Both the position numbers and the translations under genes were made by a program. The notes beneath the pieces are model-generated. The model was not told the origin of the DNA, did not search any database, and saw nothing but the letters and a program-made list of their open reading frames with translations. From Squalus acanthias (Eukaryota), in assembly GCA_030390025.1 (NCBI GenBank), contig CM059432.1, forward strand, positions 148,678,001 to 148,742,000: DNA of 64,000 bases, given 5' to 3'. Positions 49,401 through 62,389 of this stretch are shown piece after piece (position 1 is the stretch's first letter; each line of letters begins with the position of its first letter).

Positions 49401-50059
49401 ACATCGATTACAACATGGGTTTTCAAACAGGGATTCCTGGACATTAGGTTGCCCCAGGACCATAAAAGTTCTGTATTATTCTGTACCTGTTGACATACTA
49501 ACGTGTTATTTCTGTTGTTGTACACTAATAAAAGCTACTTTCTGCAGTGATAGTCCTGTTTTCCTTTGAGTAACTGGAATTGCCTTTCAGGAGTTAGGAT
49601 TGGGGACTCTGGGTGTGTATCTTTTTACAGAATATACTCTATTTGAAAAAGTTTAAAAGTCACTGGTTTACGATGGACTGTCACTTCAACTGATATCTGG
49701 AGTATGCTGCGAGTCACTAATATCAATATTTCAATTCCTACAGCTGATATTTTGATCTTTGTGACTCAAATCCCCCGACCCTCGGCACGTGCTGACTCAT
49801 GCTGGGGGACAGTTTTAAGGGTTCCACCAGCCCGCCAATACTTAGCCCAAGTGGTCATTATTCATTCGTGAGCCTCGATAATGGGTGTCATAAGGTCATT
49901 CAACCACAAGGAGCATCATAGCTCAGCCCAACCCTGTCCTCGCTCACCAATCACATATACTCACGTTCCCGCAGAATTTACTGGATACTGATCACCAGGG
50001 ACCTTTTTCCTCCCAGTCTGGAGGTACTGAGGCCAATTGTAATTCACCCGCTGGAAAAT

Positions 50060-50945
50060 ACACAACACACACACCCACACAAACACACACACACAAACAA
50101 ACACACACACACACACAAACAAACACACACCCACACAAACAAACACACCCACAAACACCCACACACACAAACACACCCACAAACACCCACACACACAAAC
50201 ACACCCACAAACACCCACACACACAAACACACCCACACACAAACACCCACACACACAAACACACACCCACACACACAAACACACACCCACACACACACAC
50301 AACCACACACACTCACACAAACACCCACAAACACACTCACAAACACACACACACACACAGAAACACACACCCACACACACACAAACAAACACACACACTC
50401 ACAAACACACAGAAAAACACACCCACACACAAACACAAACACACACACAGAAACACACACACACACACACACACAGAAACACACACCCACACACAAACAC
50501 AAACACACACACACAGAAACACACACACACACACACAGAAACACACACACACACACACCCACACAAACAAACACGCACACACAGAAACACACACAAACAC
50601 ACACCCACCCACAGAAACACACCCACACAAACAAACACGCACACACAGAAACACACACACACAAACAAACATACACCCACCCACACACACAGAAACACAC
50701 ACACACACAAACACCCACAGAAAAATACACCCACACACACACAAACACCCACACACACAAACACCCACCCACACAAACACACACACACAGAAACACCCAC
50801 CCACACACACAAACACCCCACACACACACAAACACCCACACAGACACACACACCCCACACCCACCCACTCACAAACACACCCACCCACACACTCACAAAC
50901 ACACCCACCCACACACTCACCCACCCCCCCACACACACACACCCC
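50060..50945. repeat. ~885-bp interrupted (CA)n compound microsatellite
   Basis: CA runs punctuated by CAAA, CCCA and CAGAAA. Confidence 0.97.
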
Positions 50946-51931
50946 AGTGGCTCATGACCTACAGGGGAGCCATGTGCTGACTCATGCAAAAGAGTTACTT
51001 TTGGATTGCTCAAGCCAAACGTCAGTGCAGGCATGATGGGCTGAATGGCCACCTCTTTGCTGTAAACTTCCACGGTGAATAAATGATTACGGCACCCTGT
51101 AGATCATCAGTCCTTTAAGCACACGCTGTACAGAGCTGACCTCATGTCAGTACCTGGCCTCTCTATTACTTCCACAAACATATGGTTCTGATCACTTACA
51201 AGTGTTTATGAGCAAAGAATATGCAACGAATTTAAAAGCACCCTTTGCAAGCCACCAGCCATTGCCTTCACCTAGACTTAAAGATTTATGATTTAAACTA
51301 AAGGAACCACTAGGACATTATGTACTTCTGTAATTGCTTTTACAGCATTCTAATTTAAAAAATCACATTAGAACGCACAGAACAAGAGAAACTTGCTCAG
51401 CCCATCAACTCCATAGACTATGGCCCGATATTAACTTGGAGGTGGTAGGGAGTGGGCGGGCGGGTCTGTTTTTGCAGTCGGGAAACCCGGAAGAATGGGT
51501 TTCCCTCAGGCCCTGCCGAATTTAACGGCAGGACCTGATTAACATTTTTTGTCTCCGTTTCCCAGCTGCAGCCAGAGAGATTGAGAGGTTTGTAGCACAG
51601 ATGGAGGCCTTTCGGCCCATCATGCCCGTGACGGCTCTTTGCTAAAGCAATGCAAAATTAAGCTCACTGTCCTGCTCTCTTCTCAGAGTCCTGTATCTTC
51701 CTCTGCTCCAAAAATTGATCCAGTACCACAACCTTTCCCTTAAAGGATGCAATGGTCTCCGCCTCAACCATTCCCTGTGGCCAAGTGTTCCTTGTTCCAA
51801 TAGCCTTCTGTGCAAAGCAATTTCTCCGAACCACTCTCCTCACTGTCTTAGTGACAATTTTGAATTGATGAGTCCTCGCTAGACACGTTAAATAGTCAAT
51901 CCAGGGTCAAATGTCACCTAGAAATAATAAC

Positions 51932-52695
51932 GGGCCAGAAATTCGGCTGTTGCCGGGTGAGTACGCGCTGTGTACTCACCCGTAAGGCCTCCTGAAGTGC
52001 TGGTTTCCTGCATGCACTGCGCATGCGCGGGAAACCGGAACTTCTGTTCCCCTGAAGGGAGGGGTTGAGAGGTGAACCGCGTGCGCGGGAGAGGCTGCGC
52101 GCACGCAGCGAACTTCGGTTTTTTTTCAGGTTTCTCCAGGAGGGTAAGTATGGAAGAAGCTGCGCTTTTAAAAAGGAGGCGCAGGACCTGTTTTCAACAA
52201 GGTAAGTGGTTAATTAATTACAATTTAAAAATTTTCTCAACAGGTTTATCTTTTTTAGATACTTTAAAGAAAGGTAAGTTTATTTTTAGCACTGTTAAAA
52301 AGTATTTTAATTTTTTCAAAAATTAAAATTTTTGTTTAAAGTAGTTAATTTATTTAACTTATAGTTATTTTAAAAATGTGATTTTTAAAAAAAAATTATT
52401 TGAAGTTTAGGTGTTGTTTTGGGGCCGATTTCAATTCATAGATTTGACAGGTCTTCCTGTCAAATCTATGAATGAAAGATGGTCTGCTGCCATTGGCTCT
52501 CCATGGCCCACGTGATCCCAGGGGACGCATCACACTAACTACGCCCCTGGGATACACAAGCACTGCGCGCCGGCAGCTGCAGGAGGCCCAGGAGCTGAAG
52601 TCCCCGTGGGCCCAGAGGTCAAAGGCAGGCGCGGTAGGTAGGTGCGCGCGCGATCCTTGCACCCGCGGGAAGCCAGGGAGCCGAATTTCTGGGCC
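51932..52695 (+). mobile_element. Harbinger-type MITE, family A copy 2
   Basis: TIR GGGCCAGAAATTCGG / CCGAATTTCTGGGCC; colinear with 2162-2933. Confidence 0.85.
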
Positions 52696-53437
52696 AATGT
52701 GTTTTCAAAGCTTATCACTTGTTTGAAATCTGTTGAGTATTTTCTGTTGTTTTCTATTTAGAGCAACTCAGTGAAAAATGGAGTAGAGTTAAATAGATTT
52801 ACAGCTGACTGTTTTGCTCTGCAGTTTGCAGAAATCTTAATCTCAGTGTAATATCTGTGCACTGATCCGGATGCAACTGTAATTCATTTGTGTTGTAGTG
52901 AGTTATTTGAAAGCTACAGCAGCAAATTCCTGAAAATCTCTGTGGTGTAAAACTCACGCTCGGGACTTTAACATTGGCTCTCAATTCACAATTGGACCCT
53001 TGTATAAAATGTTCACATGGGTCAAGAAAGCGCAGCCGGTACAGTGAATTTTACAGTATCTATTACATGCAAAGAAGGTTTATCGCAGTCTGTGGCTAGT
53101 GGTGTTCATTGATCACATTCTTTAGCCACAAATGTTTAAGTCATAGTGTACTGCTTGATCTTCCTTCAAAATAAAACCGAAGCAGGCATTTTCACTCCCT
53201 CCAAAAGCCATACAGCAAGGGACCTTCCTCTCCACTAGATGGTGAGTGGAAGATTGACTGACACTGGCGCCATCATCGGAAATCCTGGAAGTGATGGCTG
53301 GTGATGGAGAGCCACCTTAGATCCGCCCAAAATCAGATAGAACGAACGGGAAAGGAAAATCTACCCTACAGTGTATTTCTTACTCAGTGCAAAGGGATCT
53401 GGCCCTGATATAGTGAGTGAAATCAATGAGCAGTTAC

Positions 53438-53532
53438 CATTGAATATTTGGAGACTATTCCATTGGCATCTCCATGGTAAATGTAGACAGCTCCTCCATA
53501 ATCATTTTCATTGGGCGCTCCAATTGCTACAT
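53438..53532 (-). CDS. ITGA9: Integrin alpha-9 coding exon (DVAIGAPNENDYGGAVYIYHGDANGIVSKYSM)
   Basis: 95 bp; acceptor ttttcag, donor gtaact. GAP and GAVYIYHG motifs; phase-compatible with both neighbours. Not present in the ORF track. Confidence 0.95.
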
Positions 53533-53584
53533 CTGAAAAGAAAAAAAAACTTTCAGTAACAGCGGGTAAATGGGTACGGGGGCC

Positions 53585-54326
53585 TGGTGATTGTGGTACT
53601 GGACTAGAGTCTGGTGATTGTGGTACTGGACTAGAGTCTGGTGATTGTGGTACTGGAATAGAGTCTGGTGATTGTGGTACTGGACTAGAGTCTGGTGATT
53701 GTGGTACTGGAGTAGAGCCTGGTGATTGTGGTACTGGACTAGAGTCTGGTGATTGTGGTACTGGACTAGAGTCTGCTGATTGTGGTACTGGACTAGAGTC
53801 TGGTGATTGTGGTACTGGACTAGAGTCTGGTGATTGTGGTACTGGACTGGAGTCTGGTGATTGTGGTACTGGACTAGAGTCTGGTGATTGTGGTACTGGA
53901 ATAGAGTCTGGTGATTGTGGTACTGGACTAGAGTCTGGTGATTGTGGTACTGGAATAGAGTCTGGTGATTGTGGTACTGGAATAGAGTCTGGTGATTGTG
54001 GTACTGGATTAGAATCTGGTGATTGTGGTACTGGAGTAGAATCTGGTGATTGTGGTACTGGACTAGAGTCTGGTGATTGTGGTACTGGACTAGAGTCTGG
54101 TGATTGTGGTACTGGAGTAGAGTCTGGTGATTGTGGTACTGGACTAGAGTCTGGTGATTGTGGTACTGGATTAGAGTCTGGTGATTGTGGTACTGGAGTA
54201 GAGCCTGGTGATTGTGGTACTGGACTAGAGCCTGGTCATTGTGGTACTGGAATAGAGTCTGGTGATTGTGGTACTGGACTAGAGTCTGGTGATTGTGGTA
54301 CTGGAATAGAGTCTGGTGATTGTGGC
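53585..54326 (+). repeat. 27-bp minisatellite (CTGGTGATTGTGGTACTGGA[C/A/G/T]TAGAGT), ~27 units; ~3 more units at 56452-56537
   Basis: Direct tandem array seen in the sequence. Confidence 0.97.
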
Positions 54327-56451
54327 AATGGCAAACATTCAAAGATCGCATGGATGAACTACAGAATTTGTTCATCCCTGTCTGGCATAAAAATAAAACA
54401 AAAAAGGTGACTCAACCATGGCTGACAAGGGAAATCAGGGATAGCATAAGATCCAAGGAGAGGACCTATAAATTGGCCAGAAAAAGCAGTAAACCTGAGG
54501 ATTGGGAGCAGTTTAGGATTCAGCAAAGGAGGACAAAGGGATTAATTAAGAGGGGGGAAATAGAGTACGAGCGTAAGCTTGCAGGGAACATAAAAACTGA
54601 CTGTAAAAGCTTTTATAAATATGTGAAGAGAAAAAGATTGGTGAAGTCAAGCGTAGGTCCCTTGCAGTCAGAATCAGGGGAATTTATAATGGGGAACAAA
54701 GAAATGACAGACCAATTAAATACATACTTTGGCTCTGTCTTCACAAAGGAGAACACAAATAACCTCCCAGAGATGTCAGGGAACATAGGGTCTAATGAGA
54801 GGGAGGAACTGAATGAAACCAGTATTTGTAGGGAAATGGTGTTAGGGAAATTGACGGCATTAAAGGCCGATAAATCCCCAGGGCCTGAGAATCTACATCC
54901 TAGGGTACTTAAGGAAGTGGCCCTAGAAATAGTAGATGCCTTGCTGGTCATCTTCCAAAATTCTATAGACTCTGGAACAGTTCCCATGGATTGGATGGTA
55001 GCTAATGTTACCCCACTGTTCAAAAAAGGTGGTAAAGAAAAAAACGGGGAATTATAGAGTAAGCCTGACATCGGTTGTGGGGAAAATGCTAGAGTCCATT
55101 ATAAAAGATGTAATAGCAGAGCACTTGGAAAACAGTGACAGGATTGGACAAAGTCAACATGGATTTACAAAAGGTAAATCGTGCTTGACTAATCTACTGG
55201 AATTTTTTGAGGATGTAACTGATAGAATAGATAAGGGAGAACCAGTGGATGTGGTGTATTTGGACTTTCAGAAGGCTTTCGATAAGGTCCCGCATAAGAG
55301 ATTAGCGTGTAAAGTTAAGGCACATGGGATTGGGGGCAAGGTACTGACTTGGATAGAGAACTGGTTGGCAGACAGGAAGCAAAGAGTTGGAATAAACGGG
55401 TCTTTTTCCGAGTGGCAGGCAGTGACTAGTGGGGTTCCGCAGGGATCGGTCCTAGGACCCCAGCTATTCAATATATATATTAATGATCTAGACGAGGGAA
55501 TTGATGTAATATCTCCAAGTTTGCAGATGACACAAAGTTGGGTGGGCGTGTGTGCTGTGAAGAGGATGCCGAGAAACTCCAGTATGATTTGGACAGGTTG
55601 GGTGATTGGGCAGATGCATGGCAGATGCAGTATAATGTGGATAAATGCGAGGTTATCCACTTTGGTGGCAAAAACAGAAAGGCAGATTATTATCTGAACG
55701 GCAATAGATTGGGAGAAGGGGAAGTGCAACGAGACCTGGGTGTCCTTGTGCACCAGTCGCTGAAGGTAAGCATGCAGGTACAGCAGGCGGTTAAGAAGGC
55801 AAATGGTATGTTGGCCTTCGTAGCGAGAGGGTTTGAGTACCGGAAACAGGATGTCTTGCTGCAGCTGTACAGGGCCTTGGTGAGACCACACCTTGAGTAT
55901 TGTGTGCAGTTTTGGTCACCTTATCTGAGGAAGGATGTTCTTGCCATGGAGGGAGTGCAGCGAAGATTCACCAGACTGATACCTGGGATGGCAGGAATGA
56001 CGTACGAGGAGAGATTGGGTCGATTGGGCTTATACTCGCTGGAGTTTAGAAGAATGAGAGGAGATCTCATTGAAACTTATAAAATTCTAACAGGGCTAGA
56101 CAGACTGGATGCAGGAAGGATGTTCCCGATGGCGGGTGAGTCCAGAACAAGAGGTCACAGTCTAAAGATAAGGGGTAAGCCATTTAGGACAGAGATGAGG
56201 AGGAATTTCTTCACCCAGAGAGTGGTGAACCTGTGGAATTCTCTACCACAGAAGGCAGTTGAGGCCAAGTCAGTAAATATATTCAAGAAGGAGTTAGATA
56301 TATTTCTTAAGGCTAAAGGTATCAAGGGATATGGGGAGAAGGAGGGTACAGGGTACTGAGTTTGGATGATCAGCCATGATCTCATCGAATGGCGGAGCAG
56401 GCTCGAGGGGCCGAATGGCCTACTCCTGCTCCTATCTTCTATGTTTCTATG
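54327..56451 (+). mobile_element. Young 5'-truncated CR1 LINE (~2.1 kb) inserted in the minisatellite
   Basis: Three overlapping long ORFs (two frameshifts) covering RT and the C-terminus; (ATGTTTCT) tail. Confidence 0.95.
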
Positions 56452-56536
56452 TACCGGACTAGAGCCTGGTGATTGTGGTACTGGAATAGAGTCTGGTGAT
56501 TGTGGTACTGGACTAGAGCCTGGTGATTGTGGTACT

Positions 56537-57154
56537 GCTGAGTGTCCTCCTGGCCCTCCTCCTCCTCCCTCTATGAACATCTTGTCCTCTTCTTGGCTGC
56601 CTCTGCTCCTGCTCCCAATGATACTCAAGCAGGAGGGGGACTGCAAGTAGAGCCCCCATGACTGTGAGCAAGTTGTGTGAGCAGAAGCCTTTAAATGAGA
56701 AGCAAGGCGTTGTCCACTTGCAGCAACACTCCCTGTGGCCTCAGTAACTCTAAACTAGTTTAGAAAGCTCCAAGAGTTGCAGAAACAGAACCAGGAGAAT
56801 TGAAAAAGCAAGTCAGCTGCAAGTTGTTGATAATCCCTTTGAATAGCGCTGCTGGGGAGTCCTTCCTGCTGCTGAACACTTGGTCAGCTAGTCGTGATTA
56901 CGAGAGGGCGTTGAATGGAGCGGCGACATCGAAAAAGGCAGATCATGCGTCAAGTGAGCGTTGCACACTCACTGACGTCACGATCTGACTCATCTAAATA
57001 TTTGCAGCGAGCGCAGGCACTGGCTGCGCTGCCGACCTGCCCAAAATGGCAGCCGTCGCAGGACCCACCAGAAGTGGGCAGAAGCGAGTTGGCCGCCATT
57101 TTTCCTTCAAAATGGGCCTTAACGGCCGACGCTAAGCCCCTAAATTTCTTGGCC
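56537..57154 (-). mobile_element. Harbinger end fragment homologous to 30508-31066
   Basis: Shared gagcccccatgactg, aatagcgctg, ctgacgtcac and cagaagtgggcagaagcgag blocks and terminus. Confidence 0.8.
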
Positions 57155-57256
57155 ATATAGATTAACATGATACAGAAAAAGGAGGCTTATGATCAATGTC
57201 AGGTTCATAATTCGGTAGAGAACCAAGCTGAATACAAAAAGCGCAGAGGGGAACTG

Positions 57257-57485
57257 TGACATGAATCTTGTCATTCATGTGGAAATGACTTATGAAATAA
57301 TACTGGGCGGCCTGCTGGTGGCGCTGTCCAGGGAGAGTATAAATACTCGGGCATGGGCCCAGCTTGCTCAGGACATTCTTTAACAGGAACTAGTGAAGGA
57401 CACAACTAGATCTCCATGTTGGAAAACAGTTGATTAAAGCTTTGTTTAACGCTTAGACCAAGTGCCTAGTAGTTTTCTTACGTCA
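57257..57485 (+). mobile_element. Solo LTR 1 (229 bp), TSD AACTG
   Basis: TG...CA ends, TATAAATA box, ATTAAA signal, 5-bp TSD; interrupts a CR1. Confidence 0.82.
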
Positions 57486-57543
57486 AACTGTAAAAGGAAA
57501 TAAGAGGGGCAAAGAGAGTGTATGAGAAAAGATTAGTGGGTAA

Positions 57544-57758
57544 TGTCATAAATCGCAAGTAACAACTCAGGAAGTACTACTGGGCGGCCAGCTGGGGCGC
57601 CGTCCAGGGAGTATAAATACTCAGGCATGGGCCCACCTTGGGCAGAGACAATCTGGAAACAGGAAGCTAGTGACTGCTAACTAGACCTCCATGTTTTGTT
57701 ACAAGTTGATTAAAGCCTTGCTTTATGTTCAAGTGCGTAGTGAGTCTTTATTACGTCA
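57544..57758 (+). mobile_element. Solo LTR 2 (215 bp), TSD GGTAA
   Basis: TG...CA ends, homologous to LTR 1, with its own 5-bp TSD. Confidence 0.82.
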
Positions 57759-60700
57759 GGTAACATAAAAGGAACCACTTAAGTCTTTTATAAACATATA
57801 AAGAGTAAAAGAGTAGTCAAATGAAGGGTGGGGCTGATGAAGGACCAAAAAGGAAATAATCTTCTGGAGGCAGAGGGCATGGCTGAGGTACTACATGAGT
57901 ACTTTGCACCTGTCTTCACAAAAGAGGATGCTGCCAATGTCACAGTCAAGGAGTAGGGGTTAGGCTAATCGGATTGGATAAAAATAAAGAGGCGCTACTT
58001 AAAATGTTGGCAAAGCTCAAAGTAGAAAACTCACCCGGTCTGGATGGGATGCATCCGAGCTTGCTGAGGGAAGTAAGGCTGGAAACAGCAGAGGCTCTGG
58101 TCACAATCCTCCAATCCTGCTTAGATATGGAAGTGGTGCCAGAGGGCTGGAGGGTTGCAAATGTTGCACCCCGGTTCGAAAAACTATCGGCCCGTCAGCC
58201 TAACGTCAGTGGTGGGGAAACTTTTAGAGGTAATAATCAGGGACAAAATTAATTGTGACTTGGAAAAACATGGGTTAATAAATAACAGCCAACATGGATT
58301 TGTTCAAGGCAAATCATGTCTGACAAATTTGATTCAGCTCTTTGATGAAATAACGGAGAGAGTTGATGAAGTCTAGATGGATATTATCTGGAAAAATATA
58401 TATTTTTTTTAAGTTGAAACTATGTACGAGTAGGAATAGACTGGATGTGAGGCAGTACTTCTTTTCTCAGAGAGCAGTGAGCCTTTGGAGTACATGGCCG
58501 GCTGGTGTGTTGGATGCTGACTCTCTATGCTTTTAAGATTACTTGACTGATGCAGAGATGGCATCATATAGAAGGTAAGCATCTTTACAGTCTCCTGGAC
58601 TGGTTTTGATCGCCTGTTTTGGGGGTCGGAGAGGAATTTTCCCGAGTATTTTTTCCCTTATTGGCCCTTGATGTTTCCTCTGGTTTTCTGTCTTTCCCAT
58701 GAAATGACATGACTGCGGGGTGGGGTGGGTTGGGTGGGGGTGCGCAGCGGGGTTTGGGGAGGGAGGAAGTGTTTAGTCATGATGCTCTGGCCATCATGAG
58801 TGTGGGGCAGGCTTAATGCACCAGCTGGTCTTTTCCTGCCCGTCAATTTTGTATGTTCGTAAGGTAGTGCAGTTGATGTTGTGTATATTGACTTTCAAAA
58901 AGCATTTGATAAAGTGCCACATGATAGACTTGTTAGCAAAATGGAAGGCTTAAAGGGGCAGTGGCAGCGTGGATACGAAACTGGCTAAGAGTCAGACTGT
59001 TGTTTGTCAGACTGGAGGGAGGTATAGAGTGGTGTCCCCCAGGGGCCGGTATTTGGACCACTGCTCTTTTTGATATATATTAATGACCTGGAGTTGGGTA
59101 TAGGGGGCATAATTTTGAACTTTGCAGATGATAAAAAGCTTGGAAATGTAGTCAACAGTTAGGAAGGTAGTAGCAGACTTCAAGATAACATACACAAACT
59201 GGTGAAATTGGCAGACACATGGCAGATTAAAGTTAATGCAGAGAAGTGTGAAGTGATGCATTTTGGAAGGAAGAATGAGGAGAGGCAATATGAACTAAAT
59301 GGTACAATTTTGAAGGGGGTGCAGGAACAGAGAGACCTGAGGGTTCACATATCCAAATAGGTGGCAGGACAAGTTGAAAAGGCTGTTATAAAAATCTATA
59401 GGAACCTTGGTTTTATAAATCGAGGCATAGAGTACCAAAGGCAAGGAACTTATGCTAAACCTTTATAAATCACTGGTTAGGCCTCGGATGGAGTATTGTG
59501 GCCAATTCTGGGCACCGCACTTTAGGAGGGATGTCAAGACCTTAGAGAGGGTGCAGAGGAGTTTTACTAGAATGATACCAAGGATGAGGAAATTCAGTTA
59601 TGTGGCAAGACTAGAGAAGCTGGATTGTTCTCCTTAGAGCAGCGAAGGTTAAGAGGAGATTTAATAGATGTTTAATAGATTTATTAGACATTGGAACACC
59701 CCTGTTGATAAATGAGTTATACTGGAACGTAATACCTATATTTAAGAAGGGGGATAGAACATGTCCAGGGAACTATAGACCAGTCAGCTTAACATCAGTA
59801 GTAGGAAAAATAATGGAATCCCTACTAAAGGAGAAAATAGAAGAACATCTAGAAGCCAAAAATATAATAATTAATAGTCAGCATGGATTTCAAAAAGGAA
59901 AGTCTTGCTTGACCAACCTCATTGAATGTTTTGAAGAGGTAACAGAGAGAGCAGACAAGGGTAATGCAGTAGATGTAATTTATCTGGATTTTCAAAAGGC
60001 CTTCGATAAGGTACCACATGATAGATTAATAAATAAGGTCAGTGAATGCGGAGTCAGGGGACAAGTAGCAGAATGGATTGCTGGCTGGCTTCAAGACAGA
60101 AAGCAGAGAGTAGGAGTAAAGGGTAGCTATTCAGAGTAGCAGAAGTTGGGTAGTGGTGTTTCACAAGGATCAGTGCTGGGACCACTGCTGTTCACAATTT
60201 ATATTAACGATTTAGACTTTGGAATCAAAAACACAATTTCTAAATTTGCAGATGACACCAAATTGGGGAGGATAGTCAATACTGAGGAGGTCTGGAACAA
60301 ATTACAGGAAGACGTTAATAAACTTGCAGAATGGGCATATAACTGGCAAATGAATTTCAACACAGATAAATGTGAGGTATTACATTTTGGTAGGAAGAAT
60401 AGGGAGGTCACTTATTACTTGGAGGGTGCGAGTCTGGGTGGGGTAGAGGAGCAAAAGGATCTCGGAGTACAAATACTCAAATCACTAAAGTAGCGACACA
60501 GGTTAAAAAGGCCATAAAAAAGGCAAACCAAGCACTAGGTTTTATTTCTAGAGGGACAGGATTGAAAAGTAGGGAAGTTATGCTAAACTTGTATCGAACC
60601 TGGGTTAGACCACACTTGGAATACTGCGCACAGTTCTGGTCGCCGTATTATAAAAAGGATATAGAGGCACTGGAGAGAGTGCAGAGAAGATTTACAAGGA

Positions 60701-62043
60701 TAATACCAGAAATGCGAGGGTATATCTATCAGGAAATGATGAACAGGCTGGGTCTCTTTTCTCTTGAAAAGAAAAGGCTGAGGGGTGACCTAATAGAGGT
60801 CTTTAAAATTATAAAAGGTTTTGATAGAGTAGATGCAGAGAGAATGTTTCCACTTGTGGGGAAGAGCATAACTAGAGGCCATCAATATAAGATAGTCACC
60901 AAGAAATCCAATAGGGAATTCAGAAGAAACTTCTTTACCCAAAGAGTGGTGAGAATGTGGAACTCACTACCACAGGGAGTGGTTGAAGCGAATAGTATAG
61001 AAGCATTTAAGGGGCGGTTAGATAAGCATATGAGGGAGAAGGGAATAGAGGGTTACGCTGATAGTTAGATGAGGAAAGACGGGAGGAGGCTCGAGTGGAG
61101 CATAAACACCGGCATGGACTGGCTGGGCCGAATGGCCTGTTTCTGTGTTGTATATCCTATGTAATCCTCCTGTTTATAAATCACTTACATTGGAACCAAC
61201 AGTGCCAATGGCAGGGAACAAGCCAGCACCTCACCTACTTTTTCCATTGGTGAAGCACTTGGAAGGAGAAACTGTTTCCCACTGACAGGAGGGTCGGTAA
61301 CCAGAGGACACAGACTTAAGATAATTGGCAAAAGAACCAGAGGGGAGATGAGGTGATTTTTTTTCACACATTGAGTGGTGATGATCTGGAATTCACTGCC
61401 TGGGTAGCAGATTCAATAGTAACTTTCAAAAGGGAATTGGATATATACTTGAAAAGGAAAAAATTGCAGTGTAATGATGAAAGAGCAGGGGAGTGGGACT
61501 AATTGAATATCTCTTTCAAAGAGCCGGCACAGGCATTATAGACCGAATGGCCTCCTCCTGTGTTGCATGATTCGATGAACTTTGGCCTTTTGTCTCCCTT
61601 TTTGTAAGTGAGAGCAGCTTTTATCTACAACTATTTTTTTAATTGGCTAAAGAAGTTCTAAAAGACTGGTTCTCCAGCGAATCAGAAGCCCACTTATTAA
61701 AGATTGACATGGTCAAATATTGATGCAAAAATCACACCTGAAACAAAAGATATTCCTGGCACTGAATAAACTCCATGGTGAATCTTGCAGCCTAGTGAAT
61801 TGTGGTTTAATATTTTAAAATTGGAATGTCATGAAGATGGTGAATAAAGGGAACAAAGAGCTGGCAAAAATAATTTGGCAAAATGGGAAGGAAATTAATA
61901 TATTTTGATAAGCTTCACTAATTTTGATTGATGAACATTTTTTGTTAATTCGTTCATGGGATGTGGGCGTCGCTGGCAAGGCCAGCATTTATTACCCATC
62001 CCTAGTTGCCCTTGAGATGTAACTGAGATTAGGAAGCACTGAC

Positions 62044-62149
62044 CTGGAAACCCATCATCATCAATGTCGCCCAGAGATCCAATGCTCTCTCCAAAGTGAG
62101 CATTGTACATGCCATCTCCCCTCAAAAGCTGCTGCTCCTCCAGTGCTGC
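62044..62149 (-). CDS. ITGA9: Integrin alpha-9 coding exon (AALEEQQLLRGDGMYNAHFGESIGSLGDIDDDGFP), FG-GAP/beta-propeller repeat
   Basis: 106 bp; acceptor tttgcag, donor gtcagt. The peptide matches recalled ITGA9 GALEEQLALTGDGAYNAHFGESIASLDDLDNDGFPD and has a DxDxDG Ca-binding loop. Phase 1 end joins the next exon. Confidence 0.95.
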
Positions 62150-62389
62150 CTGCAAACAGGAAATAAGGCGTGGTGAGAAAAACGTGTACTCTGACCTGAT
62201 TGTCTAGGACCAGGTGACATTCTGCTCCCTTCAGGAAACATCTGCTCTGTGCTCTGGAAGACTCCAGACTGATTTTCACCAAAAAGGTAAGAGTATTTTA
62301 TCATTGTTCTTAAAAACATCCCATTACTTGTGGAGCTTTGTTTGGTCCTGATATAGTTCAATTTCTTTGGAACATTTCTTTGAAACCGT

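Larger units (their letters stand above)
57160..61575 (+). mobile_element. Old CR1 with nested inserts: two LTRs, a repeat at ~58375-58860 and a younger CR1 at ~59720-61165
   Basis: Host RT motifs resume after each insert; nested ORFs 59705-60139, 60146-60493 and 60562-61068. Confidence 0.85.

Noticed and set aside
49961..51073. Cys/Val-rich ORFs up to 274 aa
   Set aside because: Artefacts of the (TG)n microsatellite.
53232..53245. CTCF-like motif CCACTAGATGGTGA
   Set aside because: A single imperfect match, expected by chance in 64 kb and not supportable from sequence alone.
53511..54410. 299-aa (ESGDCGTGL)n and 282-aa (QYHNHQTLV)n repeat ORFs, and a CRISPR-like look
   Set aside because: These are translations of a stop-free 27-bp minisatellite. 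There are no unique spacers and no splice or gene context.
57257..57758. Single TRIM-like mini LTR retrotransposon
   Set aside because: Each LTR has its own TSD, and the 58 bp between them is host CR1 sequence with no PBS evident.
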